Shown in pieces: positions 53,290 through 62,758 of a stretch of 64,000 nt of DNA; the first letter of the stretch is position 1, and the number at the start of each line of letters is the position of its first letter. The notes under the pieces were generated by a model. It did no database searches. It was not told the origin of the DNA and was given only the letters and a program-made list of their open reading frames with translations. The stretch covers positions 224,001 to 288,000 of the forward strand of contig CBDFLJ010000002.1 of NCBI GenBank assembly GCA_965248835.1, written 5' to 3'. The position numbers and the translations under genes were made by a program. The stretch is from Alphaproteobacteria bacterium (GTDB lineage: Bacteria; Pseudomonadota; Alphaproteobacteria; MPNO01).

Positions 53290-53891
53290 TGGCTATGCCC
53301 ATGCAGGAATGCTTCGAAACGCTTGTCGCGCGCTGGACCGACCAGGTGGTCGTCACCTCGGCCGGCAATGCTTCGGAAATGTGGTGGCGCCTGACCGGGG
53401 AGACCGAGAAGGTGTTCTATCTCGAGGCCTCGATGAGCCTCGCGTCGCTGTTCGCTGCCGGTATCGCACACGGCATCCCCGCAGCCTCGGTCTGGGCGTT
53501 CTCGGGCGACGGAGCGTTCCTGATGAACCCCGGCATGCTGATGGTCGAGCGCCGCATGGCGCTTCCCAACCTCACCCATTTTCTGGTCGCCAACGGCTGC
53601 TACGGGGCGACCTACGAGATCGAGATGGCGGACCAGGGCGAGACCGACTATGCCGGGCTCGCGCGCGCCTCGGGCCTGCGCAACGTCTACAGCTTCGGTG
53701 CGATCGACGACCTGAAGTCCGGGCTCGAGGACGTGATGCGCTCCAACGGCGAATCCTTCGTGGTGCTGGAGGTCGAGCCGGCCGGCGAGGTCCTGCCCGA
53801 CCCGCCGATGGACGGCCCGGAATGCAAGTTCCGCTTCGGCCGCTACCTCGAGCGGACCTACGGGATCCGCATCTTCGACAATCAGCCGTAG
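53289..53891 (+). CDS. ThDP-dependent decarboxylase, beta (PP) subunit, ComE-like
   Basis: ThDP motif GDGAFLMN...NG.YG. TGATG coupling to the alpha gene. Confidence 0.8.
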   Translation: MAMPMQECFETLVARWTDQVVVTSAGNASEMWWRLTGETEKVFYLEASMSLASLFAAGIAHGIPAASVWAFSGDGAFLMNPGMLMVERRMALPNLTHFLVANGCYGATYEIEMADQGETDYAGLARASGLRNVYSFGAIDDLKSGLEDVMRSNGESFVVLEVEPAGEVLPDPPMDGPECKFRFGRYLERTYGIRIFDNQP

Positions 53892-53894
53892 AGC

Positions 53895-54830
53895 ATGTTG
53901 CGAACAAGCCGGTCCGGCCCGCGCCGGACCTTCATGGACGGCGAGGGGCCGGCGCACCTGGCGATGCTGCTGGCCGTGCTGATCTTCGGGGTCAACTACG
54001 TCGTCGGCCGCTGGGCCGTCGGCGATGTGCCGGCCTATACGCTGGGGTTCACGCGGTGGACGGTCGGCACATTGGTGCTGCTGCCCTTCGCCTGGCGCCG
54101 TATCGCGGGCGACCGGGCGTGGCTCGGCGCGAACTGGAAGCAGGTGATCCTCGCCGGCTTCCTGATGCCCTTCATGGGCGCCGGCCTGACCTACGTTGCG
54201 CTGATCCATACCGAGGCGATCAACGCCGGGGTGCTGCAAACCTCGCTGCCGGTCTTCATCATCATCCTGTCCTGGCTGGTGCTGCGCGAGCGCACGACGG
54301 CCGCCCAATGGCTCGGCACCTGCGTCGCCATCGCGGGCGTGCTCTATATCGTCTCGCGCGGCCGCGCCGAAGTGCTGCTCGGCATGAGCTTCAATATCGG
54401 CGATGCGATCCTGATCGCCTGCAATTTGGGGCTGGCGGGCTACGCCGTCACCGTGCGCCGGATGGCACCCGGCTATCATCCGCTGACGCTGCTGACCCTG
54501 GTCTGCGCGGTCGGCGCGGCGATCCACGCACCGTTCTTCGCCCTGGAGATGATATCGGACGAGCCGTTCCGGGCGAGCGTGGCGGCAGTGGCCTCGCTGG
54601 CCTTCGTTGCGATCTTTCCTTCGGTGATCGCGGTCATGGGCTGGAACCATGCGATCCGCACGCTCGGCGCGCCCAGGACCGGCTTCTACATGTACCTGGT
54701 GCCGGTCATCGCCGTCGTCGTGGCCGTGCCGCTGCTGGGCGAGGGGATCGGCATCTATCATCTGATCGGCGGCGCGCTGATCGCCGCCGGGGTCAGCGTG
54801 TCGACCCGCAGGCCGCGCGCCGCCGCCTAG
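53895..54830 (+). CDS. EamA/DMT family transporter
   Basis: FG.NYVVGR, RW, T.AINA, GD, WN.AI..LG. Start uncertain (53895 or 53934). Confidence 0.88.
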   Translation: MLRTSRSGPRRTFMDGEGPAHLAMLLAVLIFGVNYVVGRWAVGDVPAYTLGFTRWTVGTLVLLPFAWRRIAGDRAWLGANWKQVILAGFLMPFMGAGLTYVALIHTEAINAGVLQTSLPVFIIILSWLVLRERTTAAQWLGTCVAIAGVLYIVSRGRAEVLLGMSFNIGDAILIACNLGLAGYAVTVRRMAPGYHPLTLLTLVCAVGAAIHAPFFALEMISDEPFRASVAAVASLAFVAIFPSVIAVMGWNHAIRTLGAPRTGFYMYLVPVIAVVVAVPLLGEGIGIYHLIGGALIAAGVSVSTRRPRAAA

Positions 54831-54925
54831 CCGGCCGCCGCCGGCGGGGAAGAACCGCATCGGCGGCTTGCCTTTCCGGGAAATTGTCGCGCACTATCTC
54901 CGCCTTCAACGGGGAGGAGAAGACG

Positions 54926-56095
54926 ATGACCTACGACCCGAGAACAGCGACCGGCATTCCGACGGAGCCGGTCGGTTCCCTGCCCCGGCCGATGAAATTG
55001 CAGGAGGCCTACGCGGCCTATGACGAGGGCAAGATCGGCAGGGACGAGCTGGAAGCGGAGCAGGACAAGGCCGTGCGAGATTCGATTTCCCGGATGGAGG
55101 CGACCGGCTCGCCGATCGTCTCGGACGGCGAGCAGCGCTGGTCGAGCTTTGCGACCTACCCGATCACCGATACGCTGGCCGGCACCGGCCTTGCCGAGCA
55201 TCTCGGCCCGGGCGGGCAGTACTTCGCGATTTTCGCCGACGGCCACCATCGCCAGTTGCCGCGCCTGACGGGCGGGCCGTTCCGCTACAAGACCTATGCG
55301 GCCGATTCCCTCCGCAAGGCGCTCGCAGTCGCGAGCAAGCCGATGAAACAGGCGGTGATTTCGCCTTCGATGCTCGCTCTGCTGTACGCGCTTGACGAAG
55401 AAATCGAAGGCTACCCGCGCGAACGGTTCGAAAGCGACCTGATCGACGAATGCGAGAAGGATGTGCGCGCGGCATTCGACGCCGGCGCCGCGCGGGTGTC
55501 GATCGACTTCACGGAAGGCCGGCTGTCCTGCCGCAACGATTCGCGCAACCCGTGGACGGGGCGCAACATGCTTCCGCACTTCGTGGACCTGATCAACGGC
55601 GTGGTCGATCGCTTCACGGTCGAGGAACGGCGCAATATCGGGGTCCACACCTGCCCCGGCGGCGATTGCGACTCGGTCCACAGCGCCGATGTGCCCTATA
55701 ACGACATGCTGCCCAGCATGTTCCAGATCAACGCCGGCTACTTCCTGATACAGCTTTCGAGCGAACGCAATCGGGACCAGGTCTACAAGGACATCGGCGC
55801 CAGCCTGCGCGAAGACGCGAACGGCCTCGCCCAGATGGCCTATGTCGGCGTGACCAACCCGCAAAACCCCCGGGTCGAGTCCCCCGAAGAGGTGCGGGAC
55901 CAGCTTCTCGCCGCGGCGAAGCATATCGCCAAGGAGCAGCTCGGCTCGACCGATGACTGCGGCTTCTCGCCGTTCAGCATCGACGTCAAGCCCAATCACG
56001 GCTCGCCCGGCTACGCCCGGGACGTCGCCTTCCAGAAGATCGAAAGCCGGGTGAAGGGCACGACGATGGCGGCCGAGGAGCTCGGCGTTCACTAG
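54926..56095 (+). CDS. Cobalamin-independent methionine synthase II-like (single-domain) protein
   Basis: TEPVGSLPRP, DGEQR, HTCPGGD, DDCGFSP. GGAGGAG RBS. Confidence 0.85.
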   Translation: MTYDPRTATGIPTEPVGSLPRPMKLQEAYAAYDEGKIGRDELEAEQDKAVRDSISRMEATGSPIVSDGEQRWSSFATYPITDTLAGTGLAEHLGPGGQYFAIFADGHHRQLPRLTGGPFRYKTYAADSLRKALAVASKPMKQAVISPSMLALLYALDEEIEGYPRERFESDLIDECEKDVRAAFDAGAARVSIDFTEGRLSCRNDSRNPWTGRNMLPHFVDLINGVVDRFTVEERRNIGVHTCPGGDCDSVHSADVPYNDMLPSMFQINAGYFLIQLSSERNRDQVYKDIGASLREDANGLAQMAYVGVTNPQNPRVESPEEVRDQLLAAAKHIAKEQLGSTDDCGFSPFSIDVKPNHGSPGYARDVAFQKIESRVKGTTMAAEELGVH

Positions 56096-56241
56096 GGCCT
56101 GATCGGTTGGGGCGGAGCCGGTGTTTTGCGTCGGCATGGGCGCCGACCCCGATCGAGGCCCCCTTCGAGGCCCCGATCGAGGATAGCACTCACCCCGTGG
56201 AATGCAGCCCGATCGGTCCCGGGCGGAAACGGAGCCAGGGA

Positions 56242-57339
56242 ATGACTGAACCCACTTACGAAGCCGCCGGTGTGCCGGTCCGCGAGGCCATCCTCGAGGC
56301 GCACCGCAACGTGTGGCGGCGCATCGCCAGGCCGGGCGCGTGGTTGGACGGCCAGACACGGGTGGCCATCGCCGCGGAAAGCCGCAATGCGCGGGCCTGT
56401 GCGCTCTGCGCGGAGCGCAAGGCGGCCTTGTCACCCTACGCGGTCCAGGGCACGCACGATTCCCGCGGCGGTCTGCCCGAGGCGATTGTCGAGATCGTCC
56501 ACCGCATCGTCACCGATCCGGCCCGTCTGCAGCGGCAATGGTACGAGGCGGTCCTGGCCGACGGGGTGACGCAGACCGAATATGTCGAGGTCGTGGGCGT
56601 GGTGTGCTCGACCGTCGCTGTGGACACGTTTGCGCGCGCGCTGGGCGTGGCCGCGCCGGATCTGCCCGCGCCCGAGCCCGGGGCGCCCGGCCGTCGTCGT
56701 CCCGAGGGGATCAAGCCCGGACGCGCCTGGGTGCCGTGGATCGCCCCGGAGGACGCGAGCGAGGCCGAGGCCGACCTCTACGAGCATGGCGGGGCGAACA
56801 TCCGCCGCGCCCTGACGTCGGTGCCCGACGAGCAGCGCGGGTTCTTCGAGCTGGCCCACGCGCAATACCTGTCGGGCCCCCAGATCCGTGACGTCGGCAC
56901 CGACTACCGCGCAATCACCCGGCCGCAGATCGAGCTCCTCGCCGGCAGGGTGTCCGCGCTCAACCAGTGCGTCTACTGAACCACCAGCCATGCCATGATG
57001 CTCCGTGCGAGCATCGAAAAGAACCAGGTGGACTACGAATTGGGCGGCGTCATCGGCGACGGTGATGGGGGGATTCCGCAAGGCGGGCTTCTGATCGCGT
57101 TCGCCGAAGCTGTCGTCGGCACCGATGACGGACGACTGCATGAGGCGCGCGCGGCGCTGCTGGACGCCCTGGGGCCGGCCGCCCTGGTCGATGCCGCCGG
57201 CGTCGTGGCGACGTTCAATGCCATCGATCGCGTCGCCGATGCGACCGGCACGCCGATCGAAGACGAGCGGATCGAGGCGACCGCGGAGGTGCGTGCGGCG
57301 CTCGGCATCGACCGGTTCCCATCCGCCACCGTTGCCTGA
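56242..57339 (+). CDS. AhpD/alkylhydroperoxidase-related putative selenoprotein (UGA at 56977-56979 read as Sec; 365 aa)
   Basis: ELLAGRVSALNQC-V-Y-TGA-TTSH continues in frame into ORF 56995-57339. AhpD CxxC...H pattern and a downstream SECIS-like hairpin. Confidence 0.8.
56997..57015 (+). promoter_or_regulatory. Putative bacterial SECIS hairpin
   Basis: GATGCTC-CGTGC-GAGCATC. The loop starts 24 nt after the UGA and has G at its second position. Confidence 0.65.
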
Positions 57340-57504
57340 GCGTCCCGGACATGTGGGCGGTCCCCCGTCCCGATCCCGGAGGAAAGAGGCCTGCCGAGCC
57401 GACCCGGAAAAGATGGCCGGTGACGACCGCGCCTACTACCGTGAGATGATCGAAGCCGGCATGGCGGATACCTCCGGTCCAAAAAACCGCCCGCCGCCGC
57501 CGGT

Positions 57505-58326
57505 TTAGACCCGGCCCGCCTCCTGGATGACCGCAGTGTCAGTGTAGCCGGCGATCCAGCGCTCCATCATTGCCATGCACACCGGATCGAGGTCGAAGCG
57601 CGGCTCGGGGTCGGCGTCCCAGTGGCCGCAGCAATCCTGTCCGCGGACCAGCATCGCCGTGCGCCGACCGATGCTGGAGCGCACATGGGTCGGGATGTAG
57701 ATGAACGAAACGCCCATGCGGCGGTAGTCGGCGCGGTTGGGCTCCGAGCCGTGGATCAGCTTCTCGTGGTGGATCGAGAACTGGCCGGCCCTGAGCACCA
57801 GATCGACCGCGCGGCTGTCGTCGATGCCGCTGAGCGCCTGGCCGCGCGACAGCAGGTTGTCGGGATCGTAGGTTTCCTCGTGGATCAGCTCCGCGCCCCT
57901 GTGGCTTCCCGGGATCACCCGCACGCAGCCGCTCTGCGGCGTCGAGTCGCTGAGCGCCAGCCAGACCGTCGCCTCGGTATGCGGGTCGAGCCCGTAATAG
58001 GCCGAATCCTGGTGCCAGGACACGTAGGCGCCGTCGTGCGCGCCCTTGAACCAGAGGCTCGACAGATAGACCAGGATGTCCGGTCCCAGCACGTCCTCGA
58101 CCGCATCGAGGATCGCCGGGTCACGGGCGAGCGCAACGAGCGCGGGGAACACCAGGTGGCATTTGATGCGCAGCGTCTTTGTGGCGTTAACCGAGTGCTC
58201 GGCTTCGTAAGCCTCGAACATCGCGCGCAAGGCCGCCGCCCGCTCGGCGCCGATCCCTTCGATCGGGGCGACGAAGCCGTCGCGCTCGAAGGCCTCGATC
58301 TGGTCCCGGCGCAGCACCTTGCCCAC
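57505..58326 (-). CDS. Phytanoyl-CoA dioxygenase family Fe(II)/2OG oxygenase
   Basis: F.RDG, WHQD..Y, WLALSD, IPGSH, IHGS.PN...RR. Confidence 0.9.
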   Translation of the reverse strand: MGKVLRRDQIEAFERDGFVAPIEGIGAERAAALRAMFEAYEAEHSVNATKTLRIKCHLVFPALVALARDPAILDAVEDVLGPDILVYLSSLWFKGAHDGAYVSWHQDSAYYGLDPHTEATVWLALSDSTPQSGCVRVIPGSHRGAELIHEETYDPDNLLSRGQALSGIDDSRAVDLVLRAGQFSIHHEKLIHGSEPNRADYRRMGVSFIYIPTHVRSSIGRRTAMLVRGQDCCGHWDADPEPRFDLDPVCMAMMERWIAGYTDTAVIQEAGRV

Positions 58327-58333
58327 GGCCTGT

Positions 58334-59194
58334 TCAGATCCCCATCATGTCGCGGACCGCACGCATCAGCTTGCCGTCGGGGTTCTGGAAGTCGAAGACG
58401 ATATCGAAATGGTTGGTCTCGTTCATGTCGACCGCGGTGCAGCCGAACCCCGCCTTGCGCCAGGCCTCGGCGAAGATATAGGTCTGGCGTTTGAACTCTT
58501 CGGTCTCGTTGCCGCCATGGGAGACGATCAGCGGGCAGCCGGCCTCGGGCAGGTTGTGGATCGGGCTGTTGCGCCGCGCCGACTCGGGGTCGAGCTTGAT
58601 CCACTCATTGACCTCCGAAAGCATCACCGGCTCCAGGTCGAACAGCCCGCTCAGCGCGCAGGCGCCCTTGACGATGTCGGCCGGAACGCCCTGCCCGTCA
58701 TGCCAGCCGCCGGCGATCATCGCTCCTGTCAGATGTCCGCCGGCTGAACTGCCGCACACGAAGATCCTCTCCCGATCGCCGCCGAACGAGGCCGCGTTGC
58801 GCCAAGTCCAGGCGAGCGCTGCGCGGCATTGGCCGACGATGGTATCCAGGCTCGCTTCCGGCGCCAGGGAGTAGTTGACCGTCACCACCGCCGCGCCCAG
58901 CCCGACGAAGGCCTCGGCCATGAACGCCGATTCCTTCTGGCTCAGCATCCGCCAGTATCCGCCGTGAATGTAGAAGAAGACCGGTGCGTTCACGCCGGCC
59001 GGATAGATGTCCACGACCTCGTCCGGATGGCTGCCATAGGCGATGTCGGCCCGGCACTCCAACCGCTGTCTCGCGCGTGCGCTGTCGGATCCGTAGCGGG
59101 CGACCAGGGCCTCGAACTCCGCTACGGGGACCGTCGCCCGCGCGCGGTACTGGGCATCGAGGCTCGCTTGGTCGAAGTCGCGATAGACGCTCAT
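58334..59194 (-). CDS. Alpha/beta hydrolase (kynurenine formamidase-like)
   Basis: IHGGYW, GSSAGGHL, SG.FDL, HF. LD.QY N-terminus. Confidence 0.88.
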   Translation of the reverse strand: MSVYRDFDQASLDAQYRARATVPVAEFEALVARYGSDSARARQRLECRADIAYGSHPDEVVDIYPAGVNAPVFFYIHGGYWRMLSQKESAFMAEAFVGLGAAVVTVNYSLAPEASLDTIVGQCRAALAWTWRNAASFGGDRERIFVCGSSAGGHLTGAMIAGGWHDGQGVPADIVKGACALSGLFDLEPVMLSEVNEWIKLDPESARRNSPIHNLPEAGCPLIVSHGGNETEEFKRQTYIFAEAWRKAGFGCTAVDMNETNHFDIVFDFQNPDGKLMRAVRDMMGI

Positions 59195-60420
59195 GTCGGC
59201 TCCCGGTTCCCGGCCTGTTGCCGCTCCCGCCAACGCGCCGGTTCCTCGGCGGAGAACACCAGGGCCGCGCCGACCCCGGCCGCGGCCGCGCTGAAGACGA
59301 TGGCAATGGTGTAGCTCTGCCAGAGGTCGAAGGCAACGCCGGCCAGCGCCGGCCCGACGAACGCGCCCAGCCCGACCCCGGTATAGAGCACGCCGATGAT
59401 CCCGCTGAGCGCGCGGGTGCCGAAATAGTCCGCCATCACCGCAGGCGCAAGCGCCACCGCTCCGCCGTAGCACGCGCCGACCACGAACGCGAAGCCGCCG
59501 AGCGCTGCGAACCCGCTGGCCACGAGCCACCACAGGCTGCTCAGCGAGAGGCCCGCAAAGGTCAGCGCGAGCGCCCGCCACCGGCCGATCCGATCGGCTG
59601 CCCCGCCGATCGCGAACCGCCCGATCATGCTGCCGAGGCCGAGCAGGCTCAGCAGGACCGCCGCCGTCCCCGGCGCAATCCCGCGGTCCTCGGCAAACGG
59701 GATCAGGTGAACCATCGGGATGAACTGCCCGAAGGACGCGCACAGGAAGCCGATCAGCACCAGCGCGAACGGGCGCGAGCGCACCGCCCGGCCGAGTTCG
59801 ACGCCCTTCGCCGGTTCGGCACCGCGCATGCGGCCGCGCCGCGCCGGATCGCTGACCATCATTCCCGCGCCGCCGCCGAGCACGATCACCGCCAGGCCGA
59901 TCACCAGGAAGGCCGTCCGCCAGCCCATCTCGGCGATCACCAGCGCGGCCAGCGGCGGCACCACCAGCGTGCCGGCACCGATGCCGGAGACCGCAAGCCC
60001 CGAGGCCAGACCGCGGCGGCGGTCGAACCATTTCTGGACCGCAGCGACCGCCGGCACGTAGGACAGCCCGATCCCGACGCCGATGCCGATGCCGAACGCG
60101 GCCTGAACCTGCCACAACGCATCCGCCTGGCTGGCCGCGACGAGCCCGGCACCGACCAGCGCTGTGCCGCCGGCGACCAGCATCCGCGGTCCGATGCGGT
60201 CGGCGAGCACGCCGCTGCCGGGGCCGACCGCGAACAGCACCACCGCGGATACCGAAAAGGCCAGCGCCACCGCGCCGCGCGAGGCGCCGAACGCGTCCTG
60301 CAGGGGTGCGAAGAACGTCCCGAAGCTGTAAGCGCTGCCGAACCCCAGCAGAAGGATGACGAAGGTGCCGCCGACGGCGGCCCAGCCGTGCCGGGAATCC
60401 AGCTGCGCGGTCCTGCTCAC
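59191..60420 (-). CDS. MFS transporter (monocarboxylate porter-like)
   Basis: GW..V, G.LADRIGPR, WFDRRRGLA.G, DYFG. Confidence 0.9.
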   Translation of the reverse strand: MSRTAQLDSRHGWAAVGGTFVILLLGFGSAYSFGTFFAPLQDAFGASRGAVALAFSVSAVVLFAVGPGSGVLADRIGPRMLVAGGTALVGAGLVAASQADALWQVQAAFGIGIGVGIGLSYVPAVAAVQKWFDRRRGLASGLAVSGIGAGTLVVPPLAALVIAEMGWRTAFLVIGLAVIVLGGGAGMMVSDPARRGRMRGAEPAKGVELGRAVRSRPFALVLIGFLCASFGQFIPMVHLIPFAEDRGIAPGTAAVLLSLLGLGSMIGRFAIGGAADRIGRWRALALTFAGLSLSSLWWLVASGFAALGGFAFVVGACYGGAVALAPAVMADYFGTRALSGIIGVLYTGVGLGAFVGPALAGVAFDLWQSYTIAIVFSAAAAGVGAALVFSAEEPARWRERQQAGNREPT

Positions 60421-60821
60421 GCGGTGTCCGGGCGGCGAAGTCCGCTAATCGGCGTCCGGATCGGCCACGCCTCGCGCGGCGCCTTCGCGAAGCGCGACGG
60501 CGGAACCGCCGACCGCCAGCCGGCGGTCCTGCCGCCGCGGACGGCCACCCCTTCGATACGACTGTTCATCCCGCCCGATCGCGCCCGGCACGAAGTCGAT
60601 TTGCGCCGAAGCTATCACGAATGCCCATCGCGGTGTGTGCCCGGTAACCGACCGCCCGCGGCGCTACTTTCCGCGCGCTGCCTCCAGCCGTGTCGGGCTC
60701 GTGCCGAAACACGCCGGACACCGCATCGGCACCCTGTCTTGTTCGGCCCGGCGGCGACCGCAACCCCGGCGTCGAAACGCTGCTTCTGACCAATACGATC
60801 CTGCTGAAGCGCCGTCTCTGA

Positions 60822-61631
60822 TCAGATCTCCGCCTTCGGATCGAAGTTCGGTCGGCGCTTTTCCTGCAGGCTGGCGAGCCCTTCCCGCGCGTCCGGCCCG
60901 GTAAAGCCGAGGAACTCCAGCGCGAGCGAGGCATCGAAGGTCGGCCCCATCATGCGCAGCCAGTTGTTGAGTGCGTATTTGGTCCAGCGGATCGCGGTGG
61001 GTGCGCCGCGGGCGAGTTTCCTGGCAACGCTCAGAGCGGTCTCGAACAGTTCGCTTTCTTCGACGGCCAGCGCGACCAGGCCGATCCGTTCGGCCTCCTC
61101 GCCGCTCATCGGCTCGCACAGCAGGAGGTAGTATTTGGCCTTCGCCATGCCGCAGAGCAGCGGCCAGATGATCGCCGCGTGATCGCCCGCGGCCACCCCG
61201 AGCCTGGTATGGCCGTCGATGATCCGCGCGTCCTTGGCGGCGATCGGGATGTCGGCCATCAGCCCGCAAACCAGACCCGCACCGACCGCCGGCCCGTGCA
61301 TTGCCGACACCACGGGCTTGGAGCAGTTGAGGATGCCGTAGACCATATCGCGCGCCTCTCGCCAGACTCGCGCGCGGATGTCGAAATCGTTGACGATGCC
61401 TTCGACCAGCTCGAGGTCGCCGCCGGCCGAGAACGCCTCGCCCGCGCCGCGGATGATCGCCACCGAGACGTCGGGATCGGCCTCGATGTCGGCCCAGATC
61501 CGTACCAGCTCGGCATGCATCACCGCATCGGCGGCGTTGAGCTTGCCCGGCGTGTCCAGGATGATCTCCCGGATGCGGGGCTCGGGTGTGGCGAACTTCA
61601 GGCGCTCGTAGCCGGCGTAGCGGTCGGTCAT
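60822..61631 (-). CDS. Enoyl-CoA hydratase/isomerase family protein
   Basis: AFSAGGD, KPVVSA.HG.AVGAG, DGH..LG...[10 protein letters not shown]. Confidence 0.9.
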   Translation of the reverse strand: MTDRYAGYERLKFATPEPRIREIILDTPGKLNAADAVMHAELVRIWADIEADPDVSVAIIRGAGEAFSAGGDLELVEGIVNDFDIRARVWREARDMVYGILNCSKPVVSAMHGPAVGAGLVCGLMADIPIAAKDARIIDGHTRLGVAAGDHAAIIWPLLCGMAKAKYYLLLCEPMSGEEAERIGLVALAVEESELFETALSVARKLARGAPTAIRWTKYALNNWLRMMGPTFDASLALEFLGFTGPDAREGLASLQEKRRPNFDPKAEI

Positions 61632-61734
61632 GGCATGGTCCCTCGCACGGTCGGTTTCGGGGCGGCGTGCTGGACGCCTCGGCGAACCTATCCTAGAACC
61701 TGGGGCCTGGACACAATCGGCGTGAGGGATCCCA

Positions 61735-62715
61735 ATGGCGCTCAAGCTCAACTTCGCCTGCGGCAGCTACGACAGGATGGAGCCTCTGAAGGACGGCTCG
61801 GTCCGGCCTGAGGGCATCGATCTCGCGTTTCTGGCCGTGGAGTCGCCGCGGGAGATCTTTGACCGCATGGCCGGCTCCCAGGCCTTCGATGCCTCGGAGA
61901 TGTCGACCTCCGAATTCATCAGCATGACCGACGCCGGCCGGTGCCCGTTCGTCGCCATCCCGGTCTTTCCGTCCAAGGCTTTTCGCCACGGCTTCATCTG
62001 CATCAACAAGAATGCCGGGATCAGGACCGCAAAGGACCTGGAGGGCAAGCGTGTGGGCGTTCCGCTCTACACCCAGACCGCCGCGGTCTGGGTGCGCGGG
62101 CACCTGGCCGAGGGCTACGGCGTGGACCTCGACACCATCGCGTGGATCCAGGGTGCGGTCGAGAAGGCCGGCACCCACGGCACGCCGACCGCGATGCCGC
62201 TTCTGAAGCCGGCCAACATCACGCAGAACGAAACCGGCCGGTCGCTGTCGGACATGTTGGCCGAAGGCGAGATCGATGCGTTGCTTGGCTCGCGCCTGCC
62301 CGATTCCCTGTTCGAGAGCGACCAGGTTGTCCGGCTGTTTCCCGACTACCGCGCGGTCGAGCGCGACTTCTACATCAGGACCAGGATCCACCCGATCATG
62401 CACCTGGTGGCGATCCGCAAGGACCTCTACGAGGCCGAGCCTTGGATCGCCGCCTCGCTGTACCGCGCCATGGAAGACTCCAAGAACCGGGCACTCGCGC
62501 GGCTGCGCCACTCCGCCGCCCAGAAGGTCATGCTGCCCTTCTTGTTCGCCGATATCGACGAGATCGACGAAGTCTTCGGCGGTGATCCCTGGCCCTATGG
62601 CGTGGAGTCGAACCGCCCGACTCTGGAGGCCTTGATGCGCCACATGCTTGACCAGAACTTCATCAGCGAGCCGATCCCGATCGACTCGCTGTTCGTGCCG
62701 GTCGACACCGTGTGA
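61735..62715 (+). CDS. 4,5-dihydroxyphthalate decarboxylase-like / substrate-binding-fold protein
   Basis: ACG.YDR, FD.SEMS, PVFPS..FRH, Y.QTAAVW.RG.L, PIMH, DPWPYG...NR. No signal peptide. Confidence 0.8.
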   Translation: MALKLNFACGSYDRMEPLKDGSVRPEGIDLAFLAVESPREIFDRMAGSQAFDASEMSTSEFISMTDAGRCPFVAIPVFPSKAFRHGFICINKNAGIRTAKDLEGKRVGVPLYTQTAAVWVRGHLAEGYGVDLDTIAWIQGAVEKAGTHGTPTAMPLLKPANITQNETGRSLSDMLAEGEIDALLGSRLPDSLFESDQVVRLFPDYRAVERDFYIRTRIHPIMHLVAIRKDLYEAEPWIAASLYRAMEDSKNRALARLRHSAAQKVMLPFLFADIDEIDEVFGGDPWPYGVESNRPTLEALMRHMLDQNFISEPIPIDSLFVPVDTV

Positions 62716-62758
62716 TCGTGCGCTCAATATAGGTGACCACCGAGCGAGGACTGACGCG

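Noticed and set aside
53207-54925. N-terminal extension making a 962-aa methionine-synthase fusion
   Set aside because: Off-frame overlap with real genes; the true start is at 54926 with a strong RBS.
56995-57339. Independent 114-aa hypothetical gene
   Set aside because: In frame with the upstream ORF across a UGA and lacking an RBS; better explained as the C-terminal part of a selenoprotein.
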